Assembly (NCBI GenBank): GCA_010093815.1
Contig: ML996584.1
Strand: one strand, 5' to 3'
Length of the DNA stretch: 64,000 nt
Origin: Pseudovirgaria hyperparasitica
Lineage: Eukaryota
The position numbers were made by a program, and so were the translations under genes. This document shows positions 25,600-43,876 of the stretch, one piece after another. Position 1 is the first letter of the stretch, and each line of letters opens with the position of its first letter. Under the pieces are notes generated by a model, which made no database searches, was not told the DNA's origin, and worked only from the letters and a program-made list of their open reading frames with translations.

Positions 25600-28328
25600 T
25601 CGTCCCGTCATGGCCAAACTTCGCATTCTGCACCCATGACGAGCAAATCGCATCGTGCTCATCCTCTTTTGCACCGAGCAGCCAGCTAATAATGCTAAGG
25701 CTTTTTTTATTCTAAAGAACAGCCTCGTTTCTGCGCATATATGTACAAGACTAAGTCACTGTTTGGTTTGCGGTACCTCGGCAGAACACTGCGTGGAAAC
25801 AGTCGGATCTGTTGGTCTTGAGACGTAGGTAGTGGACCATCGCCTACCTCTCTGTTTCAAGTGGAATGACGCTGCGCGGGCAGATGATGGGTTCACGTAG
25901 TATGAGTCCAGAACTCCGGAGCCATCGATCTAGTCTTGGCGCGCGGCCGAGGTATCTACCTACCTACCATCCACCCATTCTTAGCTCCTTGAAGCAAGCT
26001 CGCTAGTAGGAAGAGACGACGACTGGCGGACCCCACGACTTGAGATGTTGGAAGATGTTGCAAGTCGAGTTAGTTGGTGTATGTGTGTATATATGCAGAG
26101 TAAGTGTGAGATCTCTGTGGGTTGAGTGCGTCACGGTTGCAGTGGGAGGCAATATTAGGTATGTAAGCCTTGTCGTGTGCGCCTTCCTCTTCGTTTACAT
26201 CTTCTGCCTTCCCGAAAACGACAACCCAGAATTACGAGCGTTCCATGCATGCACATTACATTACCGGTGGGGCAAGGACAATTCCGTGGGGAAAAAGGCT
26301 GGTGCAGATTTGAGGGTTTAGGGGGGGGGGAGGGGGGTAGTGGTGGTGCGGATGAGGGATAAGGGATGAGGGTAGAGTATCACAATGAGGTAGTGACAAG
26401 ACAAAGTGGGTAGATCGGCACTGGCAGAACAGACAGGCGGGTAGGGGCATTTAGTGTAGAGAGGGGGGATCTGATCTCGCTTGCACGTCCAATCAGCGTT
26501 CCCGCTTTGGAGCTTCCCGGGGCTAGGCAACACTAGTCTCGGGGCATTAACGCTATTTAGAAGATTTGCAGCGCCTTCCCGCCTTTCGCCCATTGTTGTT
26601 TGTTGTCCATCGCTCACACTTCTACTCTTCTGTCCTTGTATCCGTCCAGCCTATTGCCTCTAACATGGAGTTTGCCGAATACGTTGACGAGCTCCGCGGC
26701 CTGAGTATGGAGAATTACAACAACACCCGTCTATGTCTTGTTTGTTATACACCATCATGCTCTATCATGCTCTCTACACTGACAATCGTCCTAGCTCTGC
26801 AAGATGGATGGGCGGCAGCAGTATATAGTACATTGCTGTCAGGCAGAACCGTTTAGACGTGGTACCGTGGTCAAACGGTTCAAGTGAACGAGTGATGGCA
26901 AACAAACAGCAACGACCGATTACTAGAAAGAGCTATAGTGCACTGCACTCTATGTAGTAGTTAGTGTGTGTAGTAGTGCTAACATCTTTAGCTTGCCTCC
27001 TCCCCCCTCCCCCCTCCCCCCCTCATCGACCCTCTAGTGAGTTTCTGCAGATATCATCCATCGCATCGCATCACATCTTATCATCCTTTCCACGTGGACC
27101 TGCATTTCATTCACTCTTCTCACTCCACGACCTCCAATCTCCTCAACACCATACGTCTATCACGGCTTTGCTGGACACAGCATTCCAAAAGAACGCTTGA
27201 CGATTTCTGCCACAAGACCACAGTCTCTGGACGTCCTACCGTGCCTCATCGCTGGTCCTAGCTCCTCCTTACAGTGCTGCCTCATTTCGTCAACGCGTGG
27301 TCTGGGATCTCTATTCTTCTCGTCAAACGCAAAGACTGCTGCGAGGTCTTCGTGGCCCAAACGCCAAGACCCAGGGTCCTGTCATTGATCGCGTTGACAT
27401 TATAAGCTTGAGGCTCGAGCTCACCCTGTCTGTGTCGGTGTCTGTGTCAGCATCACCATCGCCATCGGCTGTTTATCACGACTCCAGTCCATATTGTGAA
27501 ACCCTCTTATCCGGCCGGAGCTTTTTTGGTCTGACTGAGACTGCCAACCTACCCTGTTCACTCGCCCGTCCGTACATACATATTCTTCCGTTTGCTCTGT
27601 CCTTCACTCGTCAGGCTTGGGCGATCTGCGGTGCAGTATTGCCTGTCCTTGCCCCTGTCGCCAAACCCCTGTCTGTCCTGAACAACGGTCCTCCCTGGCC
27701 TCGCACTCGTTCAGAAAAGGGCGATAACCGCCGCCAGTATAGATTGACAGCCCGGGATACGAAGACAGAGAGCAAGGCTCGGAGACGCCTCCACTCCAGA
27801 AGCCAGACCCCCTGGCCCTCCCCCGAAGCATCGCAGAAACCTCGCGCTTCATCTCAGACTCAGCATCCCCGTCTCCATCTAAGCCTAACCGACTGTTGCC
27901 CCGTCTGCATTACCGTTCGTGCCGTTGTCATGAGAGTGTCATCCCTGCTCGCTACCCATTAACGGTCCGCAACTTCGACCTTGGCTCATCCCCAACTATC
28001 TCGACTGGGGTTCCCACTGTCTGACCCACCCCGCCGGCGACTCTGTGCCTTCGTCACTCCCTGTTAGTGAGAGAGACAGACACACAGAGAGAGAGAGCCT
28101 GCGCTTCTTGTCTGCCTACTATTACTTACCTGAGCTCGCTCCTCGTCAGCCCAGCCTCTTTACACCTCGATTTGTCTGCAACCTTTGTTTTCATATCCTG
28201 CTTTGCTGCGACTGGTTAGCCTTTGCTATCCCATTCCATCTCTGCTCCCTCATTGTGGCCATTTGCCACTCTCGCCTTGCACTACCACTGTATATTTTCT
28301 TTCTTGGGATTTTGATCACATACCGAGA

Positions 28329-29462
28329 ATGCAGTTGTCGACAATGCTCCACGGCACCGCCGAAAGGGACGGACATCGTCACTTTGTTGACTGTTGTTCA
28401 CAGCGCACATCCTCTCCGCACACACAGTCACGAACTCATCATCACTTACCACCACAACATGGACCAGCCTATCCACCACATTCCCATCCATACTCGCAGC
28501 ATGGCAACCACATTTACCAAAGAAGACCACAGTCTCCCCCGTCACCGCCTGTCGAGGATAACTCGAACAAGCCACTGCTCCCATCAATATCTAGTCTCCT
28601 CGGAATGGCTGATGGCGAGAGATCGGCTCCGCCAATGCCTGTGCATCGCTTTCCGGTACGCAGTTCACCAGAATCTTCTCCAACCAGCATGTACCAGAGT
28701 CCACAGCCGCATTTTCCACAACGATACCAGCCAGCTCCAGCTCCCGCTTCAGCGGAGATGCGAAGGGATCTTATCTCCATAGCCGTGAGCAGCCAGCAGA
28801 AGATGGACCATAGGATGAGGCTACCGCCTACCCCTCCCATGTACCCTGAGAAATTCACTGATGGTAACCACTCTCCTTCTACCGCCTCAACACATTCTTC
28901 CCTATCTTCACAGCCATATCACCTGAGTTCATTGAACAACATGGACCCTGAGCACCAACGGCAAGCCGACCAACGGACTCAACCGGCGAAAGAACCATCA
29001 GCACCATCAGTCTCGAGCGTCTCGCCTTATACTCAGGACCAAGCTTCCTCCTCTCCTGGCACAACATCCCCGGCCTCCTACTACTCCCCAGACTCTTCTT
29101 TCACACCCGCGAACGGCCTGTACTCGCAACGACCGTTGCCAACAGACTTTCCTCCTCCACCAGTAACAAGTACTGCCATCCCCTCATCCCCCGGAACTTC
29201 AAACCCATGGCAACACCATCACTACATCAGCACCAGCAGCGCCTCGGCCTTCCCACAGTCCCAGGACCGCTATATCTGCTCGACCTGCAACAAGGCGTTC
29301 TCGCGGCCCAGCAGTCTCCGCATTCACAGCCATAGCCATACCGGGGAGAAGCCGTACAAGTGCCCGCAGCCCGGATGCGGGAAGGCATTTAGTGTTCGGA
29401 GCAATATGAAGCGACATGAGCGCGGTTGCCATGCTGCGGCTAATGCTATTGCTGTATCATGA
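28329..29462 (+). CDS. mtfA: C2H2 zinc-finger transcription factor, MtfA-like
   Basis: The first ATG in the ORF is at 28329. C-terminal tandem fingers [57 protein letters not shown], plus [16 protein letters not shown] and LPPTPP motifs, as I recall them from Aspergillus MtfA. Confidence 0.85.
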   Translation: MQLSTMLHGTAERDGHRHFVDCCSQRTSSPHTQSRTHHHLPPQHGPAYPPHSHPYSQHGNHIYQRRPQSPPSPPVEDNSNKPLLPSISSLLGMADGERSAPPMPVHRFPVRSSPESSPTSMYQSPQPHFPQRYQPAPAPASAEMRRDLISIAVSSQQKMDHRMRLPPTPPMYPEKFTDGNHSPSTASTHSSLSSQPYHLSSLNNMDPEHQRQADQRTQPAKEPSAPSVSSVSPYTQDQASSSPGTTSPASYYSPDSSFTPANGLYSQRPLPTDFPPPPVTSTAIPSSPGTSNPWQHHHYISTSSASAFPQSQDRYICSTCNKAFSRPSSLRIHSHSHTGEKPYKCPQPGCGKAFSVRSNMKRHERGCHAAANAIAVS

Positions 29463-31285
29463 GAATCGAAGCAGTCAAACACATTGTCTTTATTACAATA
29501 TGCTCTGGCGTTTACCGGGGAACAGTTGAGAGACAGCGCCATATTCGCGCATCAGGGCTGCGTGCGGCCTTCTTTCTGAATTTTTTTTTTCGCTTTATAC
29601 CAATCTTCTTTGCACGGAGACGGCGTTTGGTCAGTGGACTGGACTAGAGGATTTTGGGGCAGCAGTTGACTGTGTGTGTGTATGTGGCATATCACAGGCG
29701 TTTCATTGTTCCTAAAGGGAATGATCAGGTTGTTCTTGACCATGTCATAGAGGGAGAATGATGCTTCTACTACTACTAGGGTTACATGGTATTGTCTTGG
29801 TTTGGTTTAGAGGGCCGGCAGGCAGGCAGGCACCATACGCCGACGAACGAACGGACAGCGACGAGGAAGACAACAAAAAACAACCTGTACATTAGCTACC
29901 CATCATGGAAGCAAGGAATTGGTGGACATGGGCGGTAGGGGGTTGGAATTTGGGGGGAGGGGAAAGACTCGTCTGTCTTGACCTTTCCTGATATCAATGA
30001 CTATGACATGTAATAGATGACATTGACAATGACATAAGACATGTAAAGAGGATGATGGTGATGTGCATAATATGTACAATTGTAACTCTTTAATTTCTGA
30101 TTCTCGAGTCTGTGTTATGTGTTACAGTGATGTCGATATGAGAGTTTTTCTCGGCCCGGACGCTTTTTGTTCTTCCATTTCATAGTACTGCACTACTGTA
30201 CTATGTGCTATCACTGTACTATGCTGCCCTGGCAGAACAACCTACTCCTCAGACATAAGACTGACCAGACAAAAGCAATCTTTCCCCGCCACGCACGCAT
30301 CTGCGAACCCGCTAGCCTTTCCTTTACTCTCTCCTACTGTATGTTGGTAGATGCAGACCACCGTCTTCGGCCCTGCCTCCCTCCCAAAGCCTCCTTCCCG
30401 TAGATCGTTCACGAGTTGTCAGACTGAGCTTCTGATCCTCACTTGGTGGGTTGGAATGGATGGGTACAAAACGACGATGAACACCTCGGAGCCATGTCCG
30501 ATGAGCGCGTGTCCCTGGCATAACGACTAGACTTGAATGGCTGTGGTTGACTGCGATACCCCCGCGGCGAAAGATGGATGGCCCTCTGTCATGGAATGTT
30601 TAGACTTTGGGTCCGGATACGCTTTTCAGATGTGTTTATGTGTGTATGCTAAGATTATAGCGTAGGGAATGTGGAATCGTTGGGTTTTGTGTAGGGTATG
30701 GGAATGTATGGTGTTTGAGGGGTGTGTTTGTTTGTTGTTTGGTCTGCTTGCTTCATTGCTTCATTGCTTCACTGCTTGTCTGCACTGCTTGTTTGTATGC
30801 CGCTCTATCCATCCTTTCTCATCATGTCTCACGCGAGCAGCTGAATGCATGATAACTGCATATACACATTGCCCAACTCACTCCATACACACATACACAC
30901 GCATACAACATCCCATACACACAACCCACCTCGCCCACCACCCCTCCAGGCCCACCTCAGACGAGCCCACCCGTCAACACGGGAAATCCGAACATCATTC
31001 GACATATACACACAGGCACACATAACAATTAATTATCCAATTCACTCCGCGGTTGTTGAAACCCACCCTCCCCACAAATGCACACACGCACACACACGCA
31101 CTATGTTTGACGATTGATGCTGGCGTGTGTGTGTGTGCGTGCGTTGTACCGTGCTGTTGGGAGGTTTATCATCATTACGTCCGAAGTTTTGCCCTGAGGA
31201 GGGAGGGAGGATGGATGGATGGATGGACAGTTACTGCATTTGGCGTGCTTCTGTGTCGTAGAGCAGTACTGGCCTGTGTTCGTAT

Positions 31286-31445
31286 CCATATCCGCACTCA
31301 CACTCGTAGCCAGATCCACGCTCACATCCACACCCACACTCATATCCACACTCATACTCGCGTCCATATCCACACTCACATCCACAACCACATCCACAAC
31401 TCCACCCCTCAACAACACCACCCCTCAACAACACCACCCACCAAG
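31286..31445. repeat. Degenerate hexamer (CACATC/CACACT-type) low-complexity tract
   Basis: Imperfect 6-nt periodic CA-rich run plus a duplicated CCACCCCTCAACAACA. Confidence 0.7.
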
Positions 31446-33279
31446 ACCAACAAATGCCAACCCCCCTTCTCCTCAGCCTCTGCCCAACACCCAATCCATG
31501 CCTGCCATCATTCTAAACCCTAGCCCTCACACTCACCAATACATCCCCACGAACCAACACCCACACATCCAACCCAACAAACTATCCAACAACCATCCAA
31601 CCCACCATACCGTTCCATCTCGTTTTCGCTAACTCAACCCCTGCCCATACACTTCCTGGACACGGCCTGGATGAGATCATGTTGCTGTTCTATCACTTTG
31701 CCATCACAGTATACTACATTGCCATTGCCATTCCATTGCAGCCTCGACGCGCGGACATCGAGTCCCGTCGCTTCGAGTCGATGCACACATACATACATAC
31801 ATATATATACATACTCCCGAACTATACCCAGCGCACCAATCGCACATTTCCCATTCCCCAATTTACATCCCCCTCGCGGTTCCGTAAGTATGGACGACGC
31901 ACAACCTACCTTCTGCACCTACGCTACCGCATGCGAACGCTTGGCGAGGTTGCATGAATAGGAAGAGTCGGTAGCCAAGACGCTGGGCGAGGTTATGAGG
32001 TGGTGGTGTCTTGTCACTCTGTGTGTGTGTGTGTGATGGCTCCGAGTCCTTGGGCACGGGTATGGCTATGTGTATGTGTACATGTGTGTGTGTGTGTGTA
32101 CGCAGGTACATGTATACCGTATATGTGCGCACAAAACTCTACAGTCACCTCGCCTCGCCTCATCTCCCACCCAACCCAAGCCCCAAAGCGGAGTTTCCCC
32201 TTTTCACTAAGAAGAACTAGGTCTACTAGGGGATGCCGGACTCTTGGGGAAGGGGCGTTCCGAGGGATTGGTGCTGGCTGGGCTGGATTGGATTGATGGA
32301 CAGAATGGATAGGCTTGATTGAGAGGGAGAGAGTATTAAAATGATCAGACCATGACCGACACCGATTGCTCGTGTAAAACTCGGGCATCATCCCAGCCCT
32401 AATTAACTACAGTACAGTGACCCCGACATACCATAATAGCTCCTGCAATCGGGCACATCACACATCACACATCACATCACATCACATCACAAGGCGGGCA
32501 GGCGGGCGATCGACGCACCTCCTCCGTAGTTCCCGACCGACGGGAAAGTAATCAACTAAACCAGCCCAAAAAGAACCACGATGAAACAACGAACCTTTTT
32601 CCGACAATAGATAATTAGACCCCCAAAGAAGCGGGGGACATTTTCGTCGGCTCACGAAATCCTTTCACACACACAAGACTCGTATCCATCTATTTCCTTG
32701 ACGGGACGATCAGGGAAAAAAAAGGGCTTACTCAACGCCTCAATTTCAAGCCACATACACACACATACACACACAAACACACACACCTAGCCCCCTCCTC
32801 CCCCTTTCGTATTTTCGTATCTGTGTATTCCGAACACGAGCTACGGATGGATGTGAGACAACAGCTACACATCATCCACTCTAGCTAGCCTCCGGCGGGC
32901 GAAGATTAGCGAGACGAGGCGGGGCGAGGCGAGGCGATGGGATGGGATGTGTGTGATCTGATGTGATCTGATGTGATTAGTGACGGATGATGTGAGACTC
33001 TGTGCCTCAGGCATACATACATACACACACTACTGTAATTATATCGATTTAATTGATTACAGCCTTGCAGCCTTGCAGCCTTGCAAGGTCGCTCGCTCGC
33101 TCGGTACGTACCTACCCAGTTCGGTCCCCGGCGCTAGCTCTGCGCGGACCGACGCGCTTTCCCTGCGTCGCATCGGGTATCGCGTCTCCGTCCACTGTCG
33201 TCGTTTCATCGTCTTTCTGTAGCTATACACACACACACACACGCACGCACGCATACACACTTCACACGCACATATCCCC

Positions 33280-35405
33280 ATGGACGTACTCACCGCACTC
33301 GCGTCCCGTGTCAACGACACCGACGTCTCGACGCTTCTACACCTCGCCGCGCCGGCGCTAGTCACGGGCTTCGCGCTACTCGTTGTCGTCGTGGTGGTGC
33401 GTCGATGGTCGCAGGCCGCAGCTGAGGCGGGAGTGCGGTACAGCGTGCCGGTGCCGGAGCAGGCGAGGGAAGGGTGGAAAGGGGACGTGCTAGAGAAGCC
33501 TGGGATCAAGGTATGTATGTTTCTGTCTGTCCTCTTGTTGTGCGGGTGGGATGATGTATAATTAAGATGTGGTGAGGGCGGATAAAGGGGGTGAAAAGGG
33601 GCGCTCACGTGATTGGCAGGTTGAAGGCAGCGAGGCCATACAGTGTTATTGTCCTGCGAATGGGCGGTTGCTGGGACGGATCGAGCCTGATACGCGGGCG
33701 GATATCGATAGGGCGGTGGAGAGGGCGGAGGCGGCGCAGAGGGAGTGGAGGACGACGACGTTTGCGCAGCGGAGGCGGGTGTTGAGGAGTATGCTGAGGT
33801 ATGGTGGAGGAAGTCATGATCTTCAGAGGTGGAGGATTTTAGACAGGTGCTGACGTGTTATGAACAGGTTTCTGCTGGATAATCAGGATACGCTGGCCAC
33901 AGTTGCGTGCCTTGATTCTGGGAAGACCCGGATCGACGCGCTGTTTGGGGAGATTCTCGTTACGGCGGAGAAGCTCAAGTGGGTGATTGATCATGGCGAG
34001 AGGGCGCTCAGGCCGGAGCGTCGACCGACGAACTTCCTCATGTTTTACAAGAAGAACGAGGTCCGATGGGAGCCGTTGGGTGTTGTGGCTGCTTGTGTCA
34101 GCTGGAAGTGAGTCTCTTCTCTACACTTGTCATGCTCTTCTGAATGTTAATGTACGACGCCAGCTATCCCGTGAGCAACCTCACTCCGCCACTCTACTAC
34201 CCCTATTCCACCCACTGACTCTACCCCAGTTCCACAACCTCATCAGTCCCGTCATATCGTCACTCTTCGCTGGCAATGCCATTGTCGTCAAGGGCTCCGA
34301 GCAGACCGCCTGGTCCTCTGCCTACTTCGCCTCCGTTGCAAAACACGCCCTGATCGCCTGCGGTCATTCCCCCGAGCTCGTCCAGTCCGTCACCTGCTGG
34401 CCCGACGTCGCACCACACCTCACCTCCCACCCAGGCATCGCACACATCACCTTCATCGGCTCCCGACCCGTCGCCTTCCACGTCGCCGCCTCCGCCGCAT
34501 CAGCCCTCATCCCCACCGTCATCGAGCTCGGCGGCAAAGACCCTGCCATCGTCCTCGACGACGCCGCCCCAGACCTCTCCCGCATCATCCCCATCCTCAT
34601 GCGCGGCACCTTCCAATCCGCAGGCCAAAACTGCATCGGCATCGAACGCATCATCGCCCAGCCCGCCATCCACGACAAAATCCTCTCCGCCGTCCTCCCG
34701 CTCATCAAATCCCTCAACCAAGGCTCCGCCCTCGACAACCCGCCCTCCGCCCCCGCAATCGACCTCGGCGCCTCCATCTCCCCATCCTCCTTCCCAGCCC
34801 TCCAAGCCCTCATCGCCGAAGCCATCGCCGACGGCGCAACCCTCCACACCGGCGGCAACCCCTACTCCCACCCATCCCACCCAAAAGGCCACTACTTCGC
34901 CCCAACCCTACTCTCAAACGTCACTCCCTCCATGCGCATCGCCCGCACCGAACTCTTCGCCCCAGTAATGCTCCTCCTCCGCGCCCCGACCCCCGCCGCC
35001 GCCCTCGCCGCCGCAAACGCAACCCCCTACGCCCTCGGCGCCAGCATCTTCGGCCGCTGCCCCCGCGTCCTCGCCGACTTGACCGACGGTATATCCGCCG
35101 GCATGGTCAGCGTCAACGACTTCGCCGCCTACTACGCCGTGCAGCTGCCCTTTGGCGGCGTGCGCGGCAGTGGCTACGGCCGTTTCGCCGGTGCGGAGGG
35201 CCTGCGCGGCGTGTGTAATGTTAAGAGTGTTTGTGTTGATCGTTGGCCGTCGGTGCTGCGGACGGCGATTCCGTCGGTGCTGGGCATGCCGGGAGGTGCG
35301 GGTGCGGCGCGCATGTGGGAGTTTGGCAAGGGGGTTGTGGAGGTTGGGTATGGGGAGAGCTTGGGGCGGAGGGTGAGGGGTGTGAGGCGGTTTTTGGGCG
35401 TTTGA
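33280..35405 (+). CDS. MSC7: Membrane-anchored aldehyde dehydrogenase, MSC7-like
   Basis: Exons 33280-33510, 33620-33798, 33868-34107, 34164-34170 (7 nt), 34230-35405. N-terminal TM helix; IQCYCPA.G; VSWNYPFHN; FIGS; ELGGKD; FQSAGQNCIGIER (catalytic Cys); ELFAPV; PFGG..GSGYGRF.G.EGLR. Confidence 0.88.
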
Positions 35406-35473
35406 GTGTGGGGTGGTGGGTGCTGTGAGGGGGATGTGGTGGGGAGGAGAAGAGGGGGTTGGGGAATTGGAGG

Positions 35474-35535
35474 TGTGGGAGAGAAGGAGAGGGATATGGG
35501 AGAAAAGGAGAGGGATGTGGGAGAAAAGGAGAAGG
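35474..35535. repeat. 21-nt purine-rich tandem repeat (~3 copies) just 3' of the ALDH stop
   Basis: T(G/A)TGGGAGA(G/A)AAGGAGAGGGA, three copies. Confidence 0.85.
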
Positions 35536-35908
35536 TCATGGCGGTGGTATATTGTATATCATTGCCACCAAGACGGACACGAGGATATAGCCACGACTAT
35601 ACACGCAGTCCTTTGATCTCGAGTAGAAAAGGGGGGGGGGAACATGAACAACCAAACGATTTTAGAGGTATATGTATGTATAGAGGATATGGTAGACAGA
35701 TACCAAGCCAGCGATGGAAGAGGCCATGGACATATACTGCCGACAGTGGTGTCCTACCGTGCACAGCTACAACACAACGCGTCGGCCAGACCGACCCAGT
35801 CCCTCACCATCATCCAGCCCCTGAACACAATCATCAAGCCAAGCAATAATTCTTTTTCGCCCCTGCCGCGGACGCCAAAACAAGTGCCTCGTGAACAGTA
35901 GCGTCTTT

Positions 35909-40782
<4,874 letters not shown>

Positions 40783-40863
40783 CTACGTAAAGAACCCTAA
40801 AGGCTCGAAATCAATTGTTGAACAATTGAGGGTATGCGAGCGACGCCGTCAAATTATAGAAAG

Positions 40864-40870
40864 TGACTCA
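40864..40870. promoter_or_regulatory. Gcn4/CpcA (cross-pathway control) site TGACTCA upstream of ARO1
   Basis: Perfect TGACTCA 88 bp upstream of the ARO1 ATG, next to a minus-strand TATAA (~40853-40858). Amino-acid biosynthetic genes are established Gcn4/CpcA targets. Confidence 0.7.
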
Positions 40871-42016
40871 GACGTAATTAGAGGCCTGTTTAAATTTAAC
40901 CTGATCTGAATTTCAGGTCGGCTGCCGATCCCGCCTCGCCGCCCCACCCAAGACGCCGAAGTAAGGGCTACTTTACCTGCATGCGCCGAGCATTCCACCA
41001 GGGTTATATAAATCCGACTGTAATCCAATCAGAATCGTTTTCACCAAGGTATATATAGCAGACTTGAATACTTTCAGTGGTAAGAGTTGGGAATATGTAC
41101 TGTTTACAAATATTTGAAGACTAGGCGAGCGGTTGTTACCGTCAGCAGGACCCAAGTTTGAGAGTGCCCTGTACATATTGCTATTGAAGTCGACTCGAGA
41201 GCAATCTCAAGGCAGAAAGTTCGCTTTCTCTAGAGGAGCAGCTCGCATCTATAATTGTTACATGGGTTTAAAGACTATGTAAAGTGTACCGTTGTGAAGG
41301 CTGTGATCGCTCGTGAGAATCTTCATTGCATTCATTGCACTAACCTCGCGGCGCGAACATGTGACGCATGTTGTAGATCGGAGGGGTATAGTCAAGACTG
41401 CGGATGCGTTGACAGATTGCGTGATATTTCTTTATGGCCATGGCAGAGCATAACTTGAGAGCCTTGGCCACTGTGCAACTCTCCAATGTCGACATGTGCA
41501 TGCTAGACTCAAATATTGCTACGAGATCATGAACATAGAACATAATGTCGGATGACACAGTCTAGCATCTATAGACAGCTTTTACACGGCCAAGTCGCGC
41601 CCCTTCGACTCCCGTGTTCACTTTCCTCCATCGGTCGTGTGATACACGGCCAGTTTGATTGTCCGTCCTGGGCTTCATCGGATGATCCTCTCGCAGGCAT
41701 AATGTGCATGATATGGTGGCAATACGAGCTTCTCGTTAAGTATACTTTGAGTAATAGCTTCTCCAATCGACTGTGCGACTGTGAGCAATGCATGTCCACC
41801 AGGTTGTCTGTTCAACTTGAGAAGGATACCGAAAGTCGTAGTATTAGCGGCCGAGACCTCCGAAGCTGACATTACAAAGGTGATATCACTCTGTGAGAGC
41901 TCGGCCCCACTAGCGGGGAACGTTGAAAGTCCAGACATTTCAGTACTCGAATGTCTACCAGCATTCACTCCTTGCCCTAATTGTGCAGTATTTAGATTCT
42001 TGCCTGACCTTCAATC

Positions 42017-42899
42017 ATGACGACTCCACGTGTTTTCATTATTCGCCATGGTGAGACTGAATGGTCGCTCAATGGCCGGCATACAGGTACAACGGAATTA
42101 CCTTTAACCTCGAATGGAGAGGCTAGGATACGCGCAACAGGACAAGCATTGATCGGAGAGGACAGACTGATTGCTCCTCACAATCTCGCGCATATGTAGG
42201 CTTGCCACGTATACCACACATCCTGCAAACGTTTGACTGGCAAAATCAGCTACGTATCTCCTCGACAGCGAGCACAACGGACTCTCGAGCTTCTTTCCAT
42301 CGGCTCTTCTTGCGAGATTCCATGGAAGGCGAATTACGACCACACATCCTCCACGAAACCTCGAACCGACGCTAACATCGAGGTGACCGAGGACATTCGC
42401 GAATGGGACTACGGCGACTATGAGGGTCTGACAAGCAAAACGATCCGGGAAGAGCGTCAGAAACGAGGTGAAGGTGGCTGGGATATCTGGCGAGATGGCT
42501 GCCCAGGCGGAGAATCGCCGCACGATGTGACCAAACGGCTAGATCGACTGATTCGAGACATCAGGAATCGATTCCACGAAGCCGCCGCCGGGAAACCCAA
42601 AGGAGAAGCTCCAGCGTGCGACGTGCTTCTCGTGGCGCATGGTCATATTTTGCGTGCTTTTGCTGCGAGATGGATTGGTAGAGAGATCCACGATAACCCG
42701 AACTTGATCCTGGAGGCCGGGGGTGTTGGCACTTTGAGGTAAATCAGCACCGACACGTTTCTGTGTGATGTAATACAAAGCTGACTCTTGATGATGTAGC
42801 TACGAACATCACAGTATCGATGAGCCTGCAATTTTGCTTGGTGGGGCGTTCATGTCCGACGTTGTGGAAAACGCAAAGGATGATGTGATGAAGCGTTAA
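42017..42899 (+). CDS. SHB17: Histidine phosphatase (phosphoglycerate mutase family), sedoheptulose-1,7-bisphosphatase-like
   Basis: Exons 42017-42195, 42250-42738, 42800-42899. Motifs: [62 protein letters not shown]. Confidence 0.82.
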
Positions 42900-42948
42900 G
42901 ACATCTGCCACGGAGATTCCACATAGATCATTGTTTGCTGTGCGCATA

Positions 42949-43464
42949 TCAAGTTCTGTCCATGACTTGGTCCTCTCCATGATGCTCGTCTTGTGCGGCC
43001 TCCTTGGCTTGCTCGCGCTCTCGTTTCTTCGACTGTGGTTCAATGCCGCATGGCATCCGCTTCTCCGCGGTACATGCCCGACAACGAACGACGAGGACAT
43101 CTGCTTTGGACTTTCGACCCCCTCTGCTTTTGTTTTCGATGTGAGAACTCGAGGTGATCCCAGGAATAAGTAGCGTGTCGCACCGCTTACATATGGAGCG
43201 CTTCAAATCCTTTGATAGACGCACGAGAGTCTTTTGCGATACAGCTTTCAGATCCATCATAAGCCTTTGAGACAGTCTGGTACTATACGTTGAGACTGAA
43301 CTCTCGGCGGACTTATTAATATTGCATGACTCCGATTCTTCTTTGCTTTCGGATTTAAGTTGAGCGCTTCGCACAGCCAAGTGGCACCCAGCTTGCTGAA
43401 GGAAAGATATCCTAGAATGAACGTGTCTATTTGGTACCTTGGTACCTTTGGTTTTCCTTGCCAT
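42949..43464 (-). CDS. RPR2: RNase P subunit Rpr2/Rpp21 (or Snm1-like)
   Basis: HSRISFL.QA, K..VRLSKDLKRSICKRC..LLIPG and a second C..C pair (CRAC) forming a zinc ribbon. Confidence 0.85.
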   Translation of the reverse strand: MARKTKGTKVPNRHVHSRISFLQQAGCHLAVRSAQLKSESKEESESCNINKSAESSVSTYSTRLSQRLMMDLKAVSQKTLVRLSKDLKRSICKRCDTLLIPGITSSSHIENKSRGGRKSKADVLVVRCRACTAEKRMPCGIEPQSKKREREQAKEAAQDEHHGEDQVMDRT

Positions 43465-43876
43465 AGAAACGTGCGCGGCGTTTGCAGCTTAGAACGGTGT
43501 TGAAAATGGCGCGTTGCAATAATTAGCAGAGCTCAGTGAGCACGGACCTCGCGATATCCCTTCACGTGACCCCTTAGCGTACTGCTCCTGCTTTTCAGCC
43601 CATCTGTTGCGCCCACCAACGCTTTCTTCCTCGCTGCCTCCCTCCCACCTCTCAGCGTCATTTGCTCCACCTCTACTTTCTTCCAACCCTCCTCATCTCA
43701 CCGATATTTCGGCGGTGGTGAGACTTTCGTACTTCGCACACTCAACAAAAAGCCTTCTCTACTCGGGAGACGGCCTTGCAGGTTTTCTGCGCGCCCTCGC
43801 TTCGAACGTCGCCTTTACGGTAAACAACAGTTGCAGGACCTTCAAATCACGCAACTTCATCGTAACCGACGCCAAG

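Noticed and set aside
30660..32400. His/Thr/Cys-Val-rich ORFs between mtfA and the ALDH
   Set aside because: They are translations of (CA)n/(GT)n and hexamer microsatellites.
33280..35405. ALDH as the third member of the SDR/GS-like pathway
   Set aside because: It is 18 kb away, separated by mtfA, and looks like the membrane-anchored MSC7 type.
43607..43876. In-frame upstream extension of SUB2 from a TTG
   Set aside because: Pyrimidine-rich leader composition; the conserved Sub2 N-terminus begins at ATG 43877.
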